Shown: positions 48,801-62,142, counted from the stretch's first letter. The stretch: DNA of 64,000 nucleotides from Cirrosporium novae-zelandiae (GCA_026023565.1 JAPETS010000013.1:1-64000), one strand, 5' to 3'. Numbers and translations: made by a program. The notes: a model not told the origin generated them from the letters alone.

Positions 48801-50892
48801 GATTATCGACGCACACGATATAGCTATGCCGTACGAGAAACCATTTGTGCCCATAATGCTTTGGTCCTATAGATTTTTTATAGTCAAGTGCTTGACTGCT
48901 TTGAATAAGCAGCATGCCTTCTTTACCATGGTAAGTACCCTCACTAGCAAGACGCACACCTAATATAGACAACTCGAAGAACCTGCACAAACGATTGCAT
49001 TCCGGGCGGAACATCATACATCTGATCAATTGCTGCAAGTATAATTCCAATTTCTTGCGTTGATGTTCAGGGAAGGCTTCTTTTTTAGCTGAAGGACCTG
49101 CTACTGCACTCGCGATACTTCCTGCTCTTGCTATGGCTGCACCAGCAACGCTCATTTCTGAAATACTGGAATCCTTCCGCCTTGAAATAGAAGATTTCTG
49201 GCGTTTATTCTTTGGCTTTTCTGTACCACCAGCGCCATCGGTTGCATCCGCATCATTATCCTTGCTATCTTCCTCTTCACTATCACTCCCAAGCAATGTT
49301 CCCATTCCTTTAAGGTAAGGAATGAATGCGCTTCGGGGGAAATGGGGCAACTTTGCCCGACCATTTCTGTCCTTGATCTGAAGATATTTTTGTCTACTAC
49401 GTACCAACTTGTATTTGGCATGTAACTTGGCAAAATCAGACAGAGCACGTCGAATATCCCACTTCATTCGAGTTTCTCCACTTCCATATTCAAGTTCTAT
49501 TCGAAAGTAGGGATGACGGTCTCCAGCATTTTCGATTTGATATTTGTCTTTAATATTAATTTTGAGCTGTTCCAGAAGAATAGGCATACGTCTGTGCCCA
49601 TGGTCATCCTTTTGAAATTGGCTTGCTAAGAAAATAACTGCAGGCGCACCAGCCATGAGCTCAGCTACGAGTGCCGCAGACTTGAGATGATCAATGGTCA
49701 TCTCAGCCTTCTTCCGTTGACCAAGATTCTTGATGCTGGCTTTGATCTGTCTCCACCTCTGAGCAGAGAAACTAGGCGGACGGCTTCCCCGAGGACGGGG
49801 ACGTTTGAATGGAGACATTAATCCATCCTGAATCTCAGAAGCACGCAAACCGGTGATTTTTCGGAAATTGCTAGGCCGACGAGGAGATTGTCGACCCGAG
49901 TGCGTCGCTCTTCCAGCATAGCTAAAGCCTCGAGGGCCATGCATCCAAGCCCTACTTCTTTGCCATGTACTTTCCCGTAATCTACTTCTGCCTTCATCCT
50001 CCGAAACTCCTTGGCGATCTTCTGCGTCTGGGGACATATCCGAGGTGGTAGCTCTTCGGTGAAGGAAATGAGGTCGAAGGTCGAGAGGAGAAAAACCAAA
50101 TGATGAGTGCGACGACAGGAAACCAGGTCGAGGAGTAGGGGGAGCACTAGGTGAAGCTGGTGCAGTCTGAGTACCATCCGAGTCAATCCTTCTACTTCTT
50201 CGACGCATCATCCTTTTCCGTTTTCTCCGACTGGGTTCTTCATTTGTACTTTCCTCAGAATCCGCGTCTGCATCACTATCTTCTTCAATCAAGGTATGAT
50301 TCCGAGTATCATATTGAGGAGAAGCAAAGTCCGGTGGCATTGTCCCATCTGTGCTCCTGACGGCTGTAGCACTAAAAGATCGACCCGACGGACTAGATAT
50401 GCCAGTAAAAGCTTTGAACTTTGAGACGAGCGATTGTCCTGTTGCATCCCCCTCGCCTGCAATTGTGCGCCTTGATGTTGGTCGCATAGGAGCCCAATCT
50501 TCAGCGGAAATTTCAGGACGTGAAAATTGCACGCTTCGCTTCCCGGGAGTATTTGGTGCATCGGGTTTCTTTGGACGTTCGGAGCGGGTAGTCTGAGGAG
50601 TAATTACCGTGGAATTGGGCGTATCATCATACTCTGTTGATTGGGCACATCCATTTCCGAAAGGAAATTCATTATCAATGTTTCTTTGATTTAATGTGCC
50701 GCCTGGGTTGAAGGAGGTAAAGGTGACCGAACTAGAAGTAGCAGGTCTTGATCCATCGCCAGAGGTCTCATCTCTAGGACGAGCAGGTTGTATTTGTTTT
50801 TGAAGGGGAATACTATGACCGTTGGATTTTATGGGATCGACAGGAGACTGTGAACGGGGACTTATATCGGGAGAGAGATCTAAATTTGGCAT
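45807..50892 (-). CDS. SPO14: Phospholipase D1 (PX/PH region plus two HKD motifs), 3 exons
   Basis: WLVDGRDYF, DWWLSPE, WAHHEKLVLID, PRMPWHD, YIENQFF, YIHAKIMVVDD, IGSANINERS; 3' introns 45930-45976 and 45814-45866 give the ending DRMAPLEIYN*. Confidence 0.95.
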
Positions 50893-51296
50893 TTTGAAAG
50901 TAGGAATCGTTGACTTTGAAGGAGTGGAGTATGTGAAGGATCCAAAGTATAGTCAAGGTCGGTAGGCCGTTATAGGCTGAAGGAGTGTAACTCAGTCTTA
51001 AAAAGGCGAGTTGAGAAACTGGAGGTGATAAAAAGTTGTATAGAATTCAAGGGTCAAGCACCATCAAGACCTCAAAAGGGTAAGCTGAAGGATAGAATTA
51101 GGATGAAGCTTAGTGAGGTGCCTAATTACCTACGCGTCGGTAGCTATTTCCCACGCCACCTGGGCAGAGGTTAAAGAGTAGTTAAGTATGAACAATAAAA
51201 GCGAAGAATTATTATTTGTATATAACTAATGCAGATCTATTGTAGATAGCCATGGTTGAAGGAGAGGGATGGGATGAGATGATATGTATGTAGATT

Positions 51297-51321
51297 GGGG
51301 GGGGGGGGGGGGGGGGGGGGG
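51297..51321 (+). repeat. G25 homopolymer in the PLD/OSH3 divergent intergenic region
   Basis: 25 consecutive G. Confidence 0.9.
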
Positions 51322-52207
51322 ATGTGGAGGAGTTAGTCGATAACCTGGAGACTGGAGTTGTTTGGGAGCTGGGATTAATTGAAAGCCTGATTAATCAGGT
51401 GTTGAGTCCTAATTTGTTGAGAGAGAGGGGGGAGATTGCCTTGAATCTTGGCTTTGTAACAGGACATCAAGGTTCGGGAACACGCCGGGAACACGCCAGG
51501 AACTCCAAATCTAATGATTTCTTGTTGCCCTAATAATATAATCCTCCGACCCAAGCCCTAACCTTCTTACCATAGCCTTTGCTGATCTTTCAAGCTGTGG
51601 CTGATGATATTCATCATGATTGGCTTACATGCTGAATCCCTGGAAACCTTTTTGTTATTACGCTCAACATCCTTGTCCCTACCCAGTAGCTTCCTTACCG
51701 TAGCTTACCTTTAGTAAACCTCTCAAGCCGAGAAGCCTTTCTCAGCATTTCTGAAGCCTTTCTTCTCAGGCATCCGTTTTCAGGCCTTCCTCAGCTTCCG
51801 TCAGCTCTCGTAAACTACTCGTATCCTCTTACTAAACCTACCTACCACCTTCTTACTTCTCCACCTATTCCACTATTTTACCATTCCACCCATACAATCA
51901 ATACACGCCTCAATCGACCCCCCCCCCCCCAACGACAACAACAATCCTTCCAAATACTCGTGATTCCTTCCCTTTCTATCTAGTCAGCAACGAACCCAAA
52001 TGTTTGCTGTACACTAATCCTTCCGAAATTACCGTATTACTTTTATCCTACATTCCTTTACTTCAGTAGCATGTAATTACATCCATTATTTCTCGTCTGT
52101 TTTTGCTTGATCAGAATCAAAACAAGCATCCGCCTTGACCGACTACACCACCACCTATCTGGTTCGTTGCGCGCATTTGTGACTAGGCTACTTTGCTTGC
52201 CCACGAC

Positions 52208-55200
52208 ATGGCAGGACTAGAACAACTTGAGATTCATAGCAGGGTATTTATCTCACCTCCACCAAATTCACCAAATTTCTACAACTATAATTCTAACACA
52301 ATTCATGCTATAGTCATACCTGGTACGTTGGGTAAACGTCAAGTCCGAGTGGACCATCTCCTGGAGTATCAATCCCCACAAAAAATCTGTTGATTTCGGT
52401 CTCTTCAAACATCCAGGTCATCATGGAAACAACCTTCCAACTGTTGGGAACCCATCAGCCTTCCTTCCCACCCCACCAACTGCTGAAACAACCCTTCGTA
52501 ATGGATCGGGCACCGTACCGGAGAAGCTCAAGAGTATCGGACTACAAGAGATAACTTGGGTTGGCAAATGTGAGGCGCATCGGGTCACGGTGGGGACATA
52601 CAATGTCCCTCCAAATGAGGGAGGCATGTATGCGTTAGTCTTCGATAATACATTCTCCAAACAAACTTCGAAAACAGTCACCTTTGTCCTAATGACATAT
52701 GCTACGAAGTCTCCTCCCTTATCGGTGCATAACAACTATCAACATTTGGGTGCTGGAAGCAGTACCATCAGCTTGGCACCAGGAAAGCCTAGTCCCGCAT
52801 TAAGACCAACCAAGCAAAAGTCTGTCGAATCACTTCAGCAATTAACTAATGGCAAGAGATCAACATCCGCGCATACTGTCCCCCCGCCCCTTTCAATACG
52901 GCCCGAATCATCGTCCAATGGTTCAGAGGCCAATTTCATTACTGGAATCCTCCAAAAGAGGCGAAGGAAAAAGCATCAAGGATATGCGAGGAGATTCTTT
53001 TCGTTGGATTATGGTACTGCGACTTTATCATACTATCAGAATCGTGACTCTTCTGCTCTAAGAGGTGCAATCCCGTTGGCTCTAGCTGCTGTTGGTGCAA
53101 ATGAGGCTACTCGCGAAATTTCCATTGATTCTGGTGCCGAGGTTTGGCATCTAAAGGCATTAAATAAGAAAGATTTCGAAACCTGGAAAACGGCGTTGGA
53201 GAAGGCTACTAGTACTGCGCCGGATGCTTTATCTCCTACTGTTCCTCCTCGAAACCTTGGTTTTGTCAACGACACACCAGTTTCGGACTTTAGAGATCCA
53301 CAGGACGATAAAGCATGGGAAAAAGTAGAGGCCTTGGTTGGTAGAATATCTGGTACTAGAGATGCAGTCAGGAGGCTAGCTGTTGATACCGACCCGAAAT
53401 ACCTATCTACTTCTCGAAAACAGTCAATTCGACCCCCAAGCCGAGATTCCAGCCCTTCGGGCTCAAATCGAATTAGAGAAGAATCATCGCCACAAGAAGA
53501 CCGACGTCCTTTCTGGAAGCGAAAACCGAGCAATCAAAACTTGAATGCCGCTGCATTTCGTCGAAGTGTATCCACTCAGCATGCACTACCGACACCTCCT
53601 AACATGAGCTCCGAGACCGATGGAATGCCGACAGGACCCGCCAAGCCTGTGTCATATCACCGTCATGAACATAGTATGCATGACCATTGCATGGAACTAT
53701 TACAGGACTTGGATGCTGCTCTGGCAGATTTTGCAACTCTCATTGCAGAAACAAAGCAACGGAGAGGACAGAAAGCCCTCGAAGCTTCACGGGCAAGCAT
53801 AGATTCGGATGTTTCGCAAGAATTCTTTGATGCTGTTGATGCTGATGGCTCGCAATTGCTTCGAATCCATAGAGATAGCAATGCCAATGAGCGGACCGTG
53901 TCGACGTATGGGGTTGATTCGGCTTCAAGTAGCGATGACGAAGATGAAGATGAAGACTATGACCATACAGTCTTGGATGGGGATATGGCTACGGCTCTTT
54001 TCCCCCCAAAACCAAAGTCTCTTACACCACTTCCCCTGGAACCAGTTCCAAGACGAGATCAGGTCGCAGCTCCCAAAGTTATGCCTCCTAGTTTGATTGG
54101 ATTTCTACGAAAGAATGTTGGTAAAGATCTATCGAGCATCGCAATGCCTGTATCTGCCAACGAGCCAACATCACTTCTTCAACGTGTGGCTGAGAATTTT
54201 GAATATTCCACCATCCTCGATGTCGCCGCATCCGAAGAAAATGCGAGTCTTCGTCTTATTCATGTTGCGGCCTTTGCAATCTCCACCTTGTCCAACGTCC
54301 GCATAAAAGAGCGGGCCATTCGCAAGCCCTTCAACCCCATGCTAGGCGAAACCTTTGAACTCGTTCGTGAGGACCGCGGATTTCGTTTGATCGCTGAGAA
54401 GGTCTCCCATCATCCTGTACAGCTAGCCTATCAAGCCGAATCCAAGAATTGGTCCTTGGTTCATTCTCCTATGCCCTCTCAGAAATTTTGGGGCAAATCC
54501 GCAGAATTGCTCACCGATGGCGTTGTGCGTCTCTCGTTACACGCAAAATCTGAGCACTATTCGTGGCTATGTGGAACTCAATTTCTCCGAAATGTAATTG
54601 CAGGCGAGAAATACCTTGAACCGGTTGGAACCATGACTATAACCAACGATTCCACCATGGAGAAAGCGGTTATCACATTCAAGTCTGGTGGCATGTTCTC
54701 CGGTCGTAGCGAAGAGGTAGTTGTCTCGACTGTTCATGCTTCCGGTGAACAGTCCCCGTATGGTCTCATTGGCAAATGGACCGAAAGCCTTCACCTGACC
54801 GAAAACAATCAGGCGACCCAAGATACCATCTGGAAGGCCGGTCCCCTTGTTCAAAATCCTGCGCTTCACTACGGCTTCACCACCTTCGCAGCTAGTCTCA
54901 ATGACATCACTCCCGTTGAACAAAACCACCTTCCTCCCACTGACTCACGTCTCCGGCCTGATCAACGTGCTGTTGAGGATGGAGATCTGGACACTGCGGA
55001 GGATATCAAGGCCACTCTAGAGGACCGGCAAAGGAGTCGACGACGACAGATGCAGGAAGACAACGAAGAGTGGAAACCCAGATGGTTCATGAAATCGGAG
55101 GTTGGGGAGGAGATTTTATGGAAATTGAAGGGTGGCAAGGATGGCTACTGGGAAGAGAGGGCAAAGGGGGAGTGGACGGGTGTAGTACCCATTTTTGCAC

Positions 55201-55208
55201 TCGACTGA
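52208..55208 (+). CDS. OSH3: Oxysterol-binding protein homologue (GOLD, PH, FFAT, OSBP domains), 2 exons
   Basis: MAGLEQLEIHSR joined to SYLVRWV across intron 52244-52313; YALVFDNTFSK; PH KRRRKKHQGYARRFF; FFAT EFFDA; KPFNPMLGETFEL, EKVSHHP, PTDSRLRPDQ. Confidence 0.94.
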
Positions 55209-58200
55209 CCTAGTGTAGATACGGACGTTTTGGTTGAATCAAACTCCCGGGTTGATCGGTCGTCCGGTCTGAAAAGACATGGTTTTAATTCTCGTTGATA
55301 CCATGACTACCGTGAACCACCCACAATACCCTAGATCCTAGAATACCTGTACTATTTAATAGAGTGGGGTGCCAGACACCTAATAATTTCTAGGTGTCTG
55401 TTAGCCAAGAATGTCCGGCTGGACTGGGTAATTCTGTGTGTACGAAAAGTTGTTGATATATTGAATCATTGAATTAGAATCTCTATTAGCATAAACACGC
55501 TTACTGTTGAAGAAAAATAAAGACATTTTTAGTAATTTATCATTTATCTTTCACGTTCTACATTTCGCTTAATAATCCCCAACAGCGGCTACGACTTGCT
55601 CTACGACCTCGCGTCCTGTAACATCTTTGATGATTATTCTTTGGTGAAACCAGGGAATGTATGTTATGTTATGCTTGAGCTTTTTACTGATTACATCACC
55701 TGGGATGAATAATCTATTCTAACAGATAGCTATTTCAACCCAGATCAGCCATTCACAACTGCAGTTTGAATAGACCAATCAAGTAAATGATTAATGCCAA
55801 CACTCAACATATATTTCGCCTCTGGAGGCTCATTTGGCGAGTTCGGGATTTTGTTGGATGAGTGGAAGAGCACAGCAAAAAAGGTAGAAGGATTAAAAAA
55901 AAGTGAACTCTCACAATCCCCAAGGTCGGTGGAACATATACATAATACTACGCGTCAACCATTTACCTCCAAAGGCTCCAACATATATTAATGGATGTCA
56001 GTTCAGGGTTGAAGGATCTACGATTTCGATATCAACTGCGGCTTAGATTTCAACAACATTTTTCTGAAAATATCAACACGCTTGGTTCTTGTTCAAAGTC
56101 CTGTAGTACAGCTCGATGGATGTATGTTTAATCGCCTGCTAGCAGAAGCTATTCACTTTGGGCAGTCCTACACTCAAGACACATGGAGAAAGCGCTTCAG
56201 TCGGATAGGATCTGACAAGCCATCACTTGCAAATGGAAGAGTGTTTTGACGTTGATGCTCTACCAGCTCCCTACGAAAGGCTCGGGCCCAGATGACATAT
56301 TGGACAACCCAACCACGTAGGTATAGCATATGCTTGTGTTATCAAAATGGCTTCTCTCGGCGGCAGATCAAACCTAATAAACAAAAGAGCTGGAGGAGAG
56401 GATCACGGTGTCATGTCAACTCGGCGACTCGAAGGATTTCAAACATCGGCTAATCGCCCTTTTTCACAAAATATTCGAAATGGTCCCAGGATATGGTGTT
56501 GAGGATATTACCAATGGATAGGTATATTGTACGCTATCAAGACACTGTCAATCGATTGTCCAGTTTCTATGAAAGGAATACACATCAACATTGCCTTGGA
56601 TGAGTTATAGGCTAGATGGAAGACATTGAGTTGAAATCTTACACCCTGTTATACTGACCTCCAAGGCAGAGGGACCATACTCCTTATCCTCAGTCTGAAA
56701 GTTCCAATCACAAATTCATGTATCATTCACCATGCTCATCTGATCCCTTTCCTTCATGGAGCAATGCCGCAATACCTAAATAAGGACAGCGAAATGGCGG
56801 TGGAAATGATTTTTTATCGATTCAGGAGTTGCGTTCTCGCAATCAAAAGAGTACCGTCTAATGCATGCGCCATAGTGGAGGCTTCTGACAGAATCAAACT
56901 ATTAACTCGTTACGAAGCGGACTGACATCCGCATCAAAGAAAGCAGAGTATGGGGATTACTCCTTACAGAAACGGAAGGGGAAGTGTTGGGAGAAATTGA
57001 GACTGACAGGTAATTTTGTGAATACAATTGTGAATACAATATACGACAAAAATAGAATGGATTTACTGTTTCCTTCAGGTTTGTCCTCGAGCCTCAAAGC
57101 AGCTCCGCCGCTGAAGTGCCGGGCGCGGTAGTCAAGCACGCTGTCAGATCGCCGTCGGACCAAGAACAAGCGGAGTTGGAGATAAAGTGGAGTTCTACCA
57201 TGTCGTGGCGACACATTGATCACACACCAACAGGCTCTAACAGCACTGCCTCACCCTAATATCTTCCAGAACCAGGGATTATTGCCAATAGAAAATTCCC
57301 CTGATTGACGAGCACATTAAACAATTACGACCATCATAAGTTTTCCTTGTCATTTGTGCAAAGGCTTGCCGATATTTGGGATGGCCTTTATTCCCGAGAG
57401 TTTCCTAGCACAAGTTGGATAATAATGTTGAAACTATCTTGGGGCGGTTATAACCATCTACTTGATATGGGAGCCGAGAACGGCGGGATATTTGAAAAGC
57501 CAAGCATTCCACCAGAATCGATAGAAATCCTTGGCAGGGACGAGGGAAATGCAAATCAAGCATTTTCAAGCCTTTTGGAATCTACCGACCAGGGTACCCA
57601 ATTGGATAACTCGACCGGAATCGAAACTCAGGGTGGAATTGTGTTTTGGAGGAATTGAGAGATGGGTCAATGACCCGGTTCGCAAATAGTTCCGAGGCTA
57701 TATACCTGTATTGGGATGTTGAATAGAAACATGACTGCAACAGGACGCCTTTAAACAAAACACGTTGTTTTGTTAGACTTTCTTGGCTATATCTTGGCGC
57801 TTTATGGGATTTGCTCCTTTTCATTAATTCCGCTGTCCGCTTTTCTTGGCATCGACTTGGCATTTTTGTCGCTGTTTTAGCTCCTCGGCTTATTGTTTCA
57901 TTGTTTTCATTGTTTCCACTGTCGAGGGAAACGTCGTCAGCTTGGGATCAATTATCATCACTCTCCTGCCGAAAGGGGCCACATGGGTGAGAAATCCTCA
58001 ACATACAAATATGGACCCGATGGCCCTTTCCGTGTTTTTTTTCTTCGTGCCATTTTTATCTTCAGCATCAATCATTCTTTAGTTTGTTCCACGACGACTG
58101 GCTTCGTCGACATTCATTTACACGCATAACTATTCATTGCTGTTCATTTTTGGTATCAATTCACACAATTGCATAGCCTTTCTTTACCAAACCCAATCCA

Positions 58201-58218
58201 CACATATCTACATTCACC

Positions 58219-59602
58219 ATGAAGGCACAATTCCTTACCGGTGCCGTTTTGGCCCTTGCTATGGGTGCTGTCGCTGCCCCAGCCACTGCTGCTAAGCGTG
58301 GCGAATCCACCGCATTGACTGCTCGTCATGCTGGTAAACTTGTGGCCAAGGACTACCTTCCTGTCCACCATCCCATTGCTTCCAAGCCTGTCAGGCGATC
58401 TCACGCGTTGAAGATCCGTGATGATGACGATGATGATGAGGAGGAGGATGATGATGAAGAGGAGGAGGATGACGATGATGACGAGGAAGAGGAATCCTCC
58501 GACGATGACGAGGAAGAGTCTTCAGATGACTCCGATGAATCTTCAGATGATGACGAGTCTTCTTCCGATGATGATGAAGAATCCTCAGACGATTCCGATG
58601 AGTCTTCAGATGATTCTGATGACTCTGATGACTCCTCCGATGAGTCTAGCTACTCCAGCGCCTCCGCTAGCTCTTATGAAGCGGCTTCTTCCTATGCAGC
58701 AGCCTCCTCCTACGAAGCTGCCTCTTCCTACGCAGTCGCCTCCACTGGCTCCGCTATCGCAGCTGCAACTTCTGCCAGCTATGCTTACTCCAGTTCCAAT
58801 TCCAGTGGATCTTCCGTCACTGCCGCTGCTGCGACTGGATCCGTTACCGCTTCCAGTCTCCCGGCTTCCTCCGGCTCCTCTGTCCTCGATGCCGTCCAGA
58901 CTATTGCTGCTGGCGAGTCTTTCGACGGTGGTATGTACATGTATGACCGTGGTGTTGATTGTGAAGGTCAGGAGGAAGGTGGTGACAGCGATGCTGTTTT
59001 CGAAATTGAGGATGGTGGTTCTCTCTCCAACGTCATCATTGGCCCCAACCAAATGGAAGGTGTCCATTGCTATGGTGCTTGCACTCTAACCAACGTCTGG
59101 TGGTCCGCTGTTTGTGAAGATGCCTTCACTGTCAAGGAACAAGACTCTGGCGAGACTACCACCATCACCGGCGGTGGTGCTTTTGGTGCTGATGACAAGG
59201 TCCTCCAACACAACGGTGGTGGAACCATCTCCGTTTCCGGCTTCTATGTTGAAACCTTTGGCAAGCTCTACCGATCCTGTGGAAACTGTGACTCCATGTA
59301 CGAACGTCATATCATCATGGACAGCATTACTGCTATTGATGGTAGCGAGCTCGCAGGTGAGTAACTTATAACCCCTAATTTCAGCTTCTGTAGTTTATGT
59401 GACTAATCATTTATTTATAGGTATCAACTACAACTATGGTGACAGCGCTACTTTCACCAGCATCACCGTCACTGATGTCGATGACATCTGTGTCACCTAC
59501 ACCGGTACTGATGACAACGACGAAGAGCCTGAAGAGTATGGTTCCGGTGCTGATGGAACCTACTGTATTTATGACAGCTCCGACATCACCACTCTCTCAT
59601 AG
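58219..59602 (+). CDS. Secreted pectate lyase, family PL3, with a long acidic/Ser-rich N-terminal extension, 2 exons
   Basis: Signal peptide; [59 protein letters not shown]; intron 59357-59420 then GINYNYGD. Confidence 0.95.
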
Positions 59603-60518
59603 AGAGCCTAATTCACTCGAGCTAGAACATCGTGTCGATAAAGGAAAGAGAAACCTCGATGGGGAAGAAGAAAAGAAAAGACAAAGTTCCAATATCTCGA
59701 TTGGACTTTGGGGTCGCTTGATTGGTTTTCAATTTATATGTAGATAATTAATTGTTTCGCTTTGCTTGCCTTTTGTCGGGATTGGAATCAACATTTTTGC
59801 AACTTTTATCCTTTTGCAAATGTTGTCTGATTTACACTAAGGGGGGTGATGTATTTTGTGTATCCATATTTCAAAAACTCTTAGCATTGAACGAATACAA
59901 AAGTGCTTTGAACGTGGTTCTGTTGAGTCCTTTTCTGTTTATTTTTGTATTGTAAAATAGAAGTATCGAGCTTATTTGAAGCTACTTGTTTGGTGCCTCA
60001 GGATTACTTACCCCTTTCTATCACTATCATCATCACCACCCGAATTCCCCAAGTCCTCCATCTAAAAACCCCCAACTAAAATATATATACCTTCCTTCCC
60101 ATCTATCCATTCCTCCCACGTCCACCACCACTCCACCACTCTACCACCTCTATCCTCTAACGCGTAGCAGACACCAAACACCAAACATCAAATGTCAAGA
60201 GAAGAACCTACCTTCTAAGTTCCAAGACCCTCTCCTCTACTCACCCCATGTACTGTACATGTACGAAGGACGACAGATGCTTCTGTTAAGATAAGACAGG
60301 TACCTAGGTAGTCGAAAGGATCATCATCATCATCATTTGTCAAGTGTAATAGAATGGAATAGTTGGAATTTAGAACCGAATCATGGAATAGATCGTTAGA
60401 TGGGGGGAGGGATTACGAGCGAGTGAGGTGAGGTTTAAAGAAAAGGTTTAGGGTTATGGCTCTCTTTTCTAATTCTCCATATAGAATAGGGGGGTGCACA
60501 AAGCTAGCCATACTCTAG

Positions 60519-60612
60519 ATATATATATATATATATATATACTCCCTCCTTCTTCCTCTTCCTCTTCTTCTTCTTCTTCTTCTTCTTCTTCTTCTTCTTC
60601 TTCTTCTTCTTC
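60519..60612. repeat. Compound microsatellite: (AT)n followed by (TCC/TCT)n
   Basis: About 11 AT units at 60519-60541, then about 20 TCT/TCC triplets to 60612. Confidence 0.9.
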
Positions 60613-61503
60613 TCCTCTTTCTCCATCTCGAACCCTATTCTTATATCATTCATATAAAATAACCATAAGTTCCATAACCAAACCCCCCTTATACCTTATA
60701 CTCCTTTTTCAAATTTTTATAAAAACAAAAAATGGATGGACGGGCTTCTGGTTACCTGTTGCCCTCTCTCTCTACGCTCCCATGCTATCGTTGGTGTTGT
60801 TGTTGTTGTTGATAGTTGCTTATTTTCCCATACCTTTATACATTAATTATACTTATACTAAGAGTCTGAGGTTGGATCAACTATCCAAAAAAAAAAGATC
60901 AATCCCCCCCCCGACCCCCGGCCCCCCTCGCACCCTAGGGAATGGATGGACTTGGTGGACTTGGTAGACTTGACTTGAGGAAAAGAAAAAAAAAGAAAAG
61001 GGAAGTAACGTAAAATAATAAATAAATAAATTAACAAACCCACTCACTCCTTCAAAGTTAATTAGTCTAATCCGTCTCCCTCCCTCCCTCCAGCTTCCCA
61101 AATCAAACAAACCCCCCCCCCCCCTACTTTGTAGGTTACATACATGCACATACACACAACCAAACCAACCTCCAACTAGCAAGGTTTTGATATCCTTTTT
61201 TGGGGGTGGAGGGGAAGGCAGTAATTAGTACACATACACAACATGAAAAACGGGTAAATTGAGTGATGAGTGATGAAGACAATGCTCATAAAGCATATCG
61301 AAAGGATACACTAATTATACAGGCATATATATATATATCTTATCACTAGTAAATCTTGTAGGTTCTTAGAGGTCTTGTAGGGAAACTGTCTAGCTAACTA
61401 GCTAGCTAGCCAGTTGTATAAATACCTTGGTATCTATCTATTTATTTATTTATCTATCTATAGACTATAGCAATAATCCAAAAGGGACGTTATACTAGGC
61501 TAG

Positions 61504-61654
61504 TGTTACGATTCCCTTTTAGGTTAGACTATTAGGGTATAGACCCTAGGCTCACCTTATAAGGTGAGCCTCCTCCCTAGCCTAGACAACGAACCAATCT
61601 AGATATCACCCAAATCAGAACCTTAGGCATTGCATGACCTAGGGTCCCCTGACA
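61504..61654. mobile_element. Probable solo LTR of a retrotransposon (151 bp)
   Basis: Starts TGTTA, ends TGACA (TG...CA with imperfect terminal inverted repeat); GCTAG on both sides (61499-61503, 61655-61659); composition differs from the surrounding simple repeats. Confidence 0.65.
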
Positions 61655-62110
61655 GCTAGGCTAGGCTAGGTATAATATAATATAATATGGATATGATAGA
61701 GTATAGGTAGAGGTAGAGTAAAAATTGGTAAATATTAGTAAAGATTTATGTGGATATTGGTATTGATGTTCCAAAAAAAAAAAAGAGGGAGAAAAAAGGC
61801 GTAAGGGAGGGTTTTTTTTTGATGTACTGTAGATCTTATATCATATTGTTATGATCTGGAGTACTTTGTACGCTATAAGAGTAAGGAAGGAACCAGTACC
61901 GCTTACTAACTAACTACTATGTACATGCACATGTACATGGATTTTTTTTAAACGCCCAACCCTACTTCTCCACTTCTCCTTCGTTGATATTTGCATACCC
62001 CAATCCCAAAACAACAAAATAACCAAAAAAATCTGATACATCGAATTTCCCTCACCTAAGCAAATATCCGTACCTTATAACCCATACATAGACTATATCT
62101 ATCTACGTAC

Positions 62111-62142
62111 TTAGGTTAGGTTAGGTTAGGTTAGGTTAGGTT
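62111..62142. repeat. (TTAGG)6 pentanucleotide microsatellite
   Basis: Six perfect TTAGG units plus TT. Confidence 0.92.

Noticed and set aside
58418..59089. Overlapping 223-aa Met-rich ORF ([10 protein letters not shown]...)
   Set aside because: Shadow frame of the GAT/GAG codons of the pectate lyase acidic tract.
60494..60967. 157-aa ORF with poly-Ser
   Set aside because: Frame held open by (AT)n, (TCT)n and (TTG)n microsatellites; GTG start and no domain.
62111..62142. (TTAGG)6 as an interstitial telomere or fusion scar
   Set aside because: The real telomere unit here is the hexamer TTAGGG; this pentamer lies among several unrelated pentamer microsatellites.
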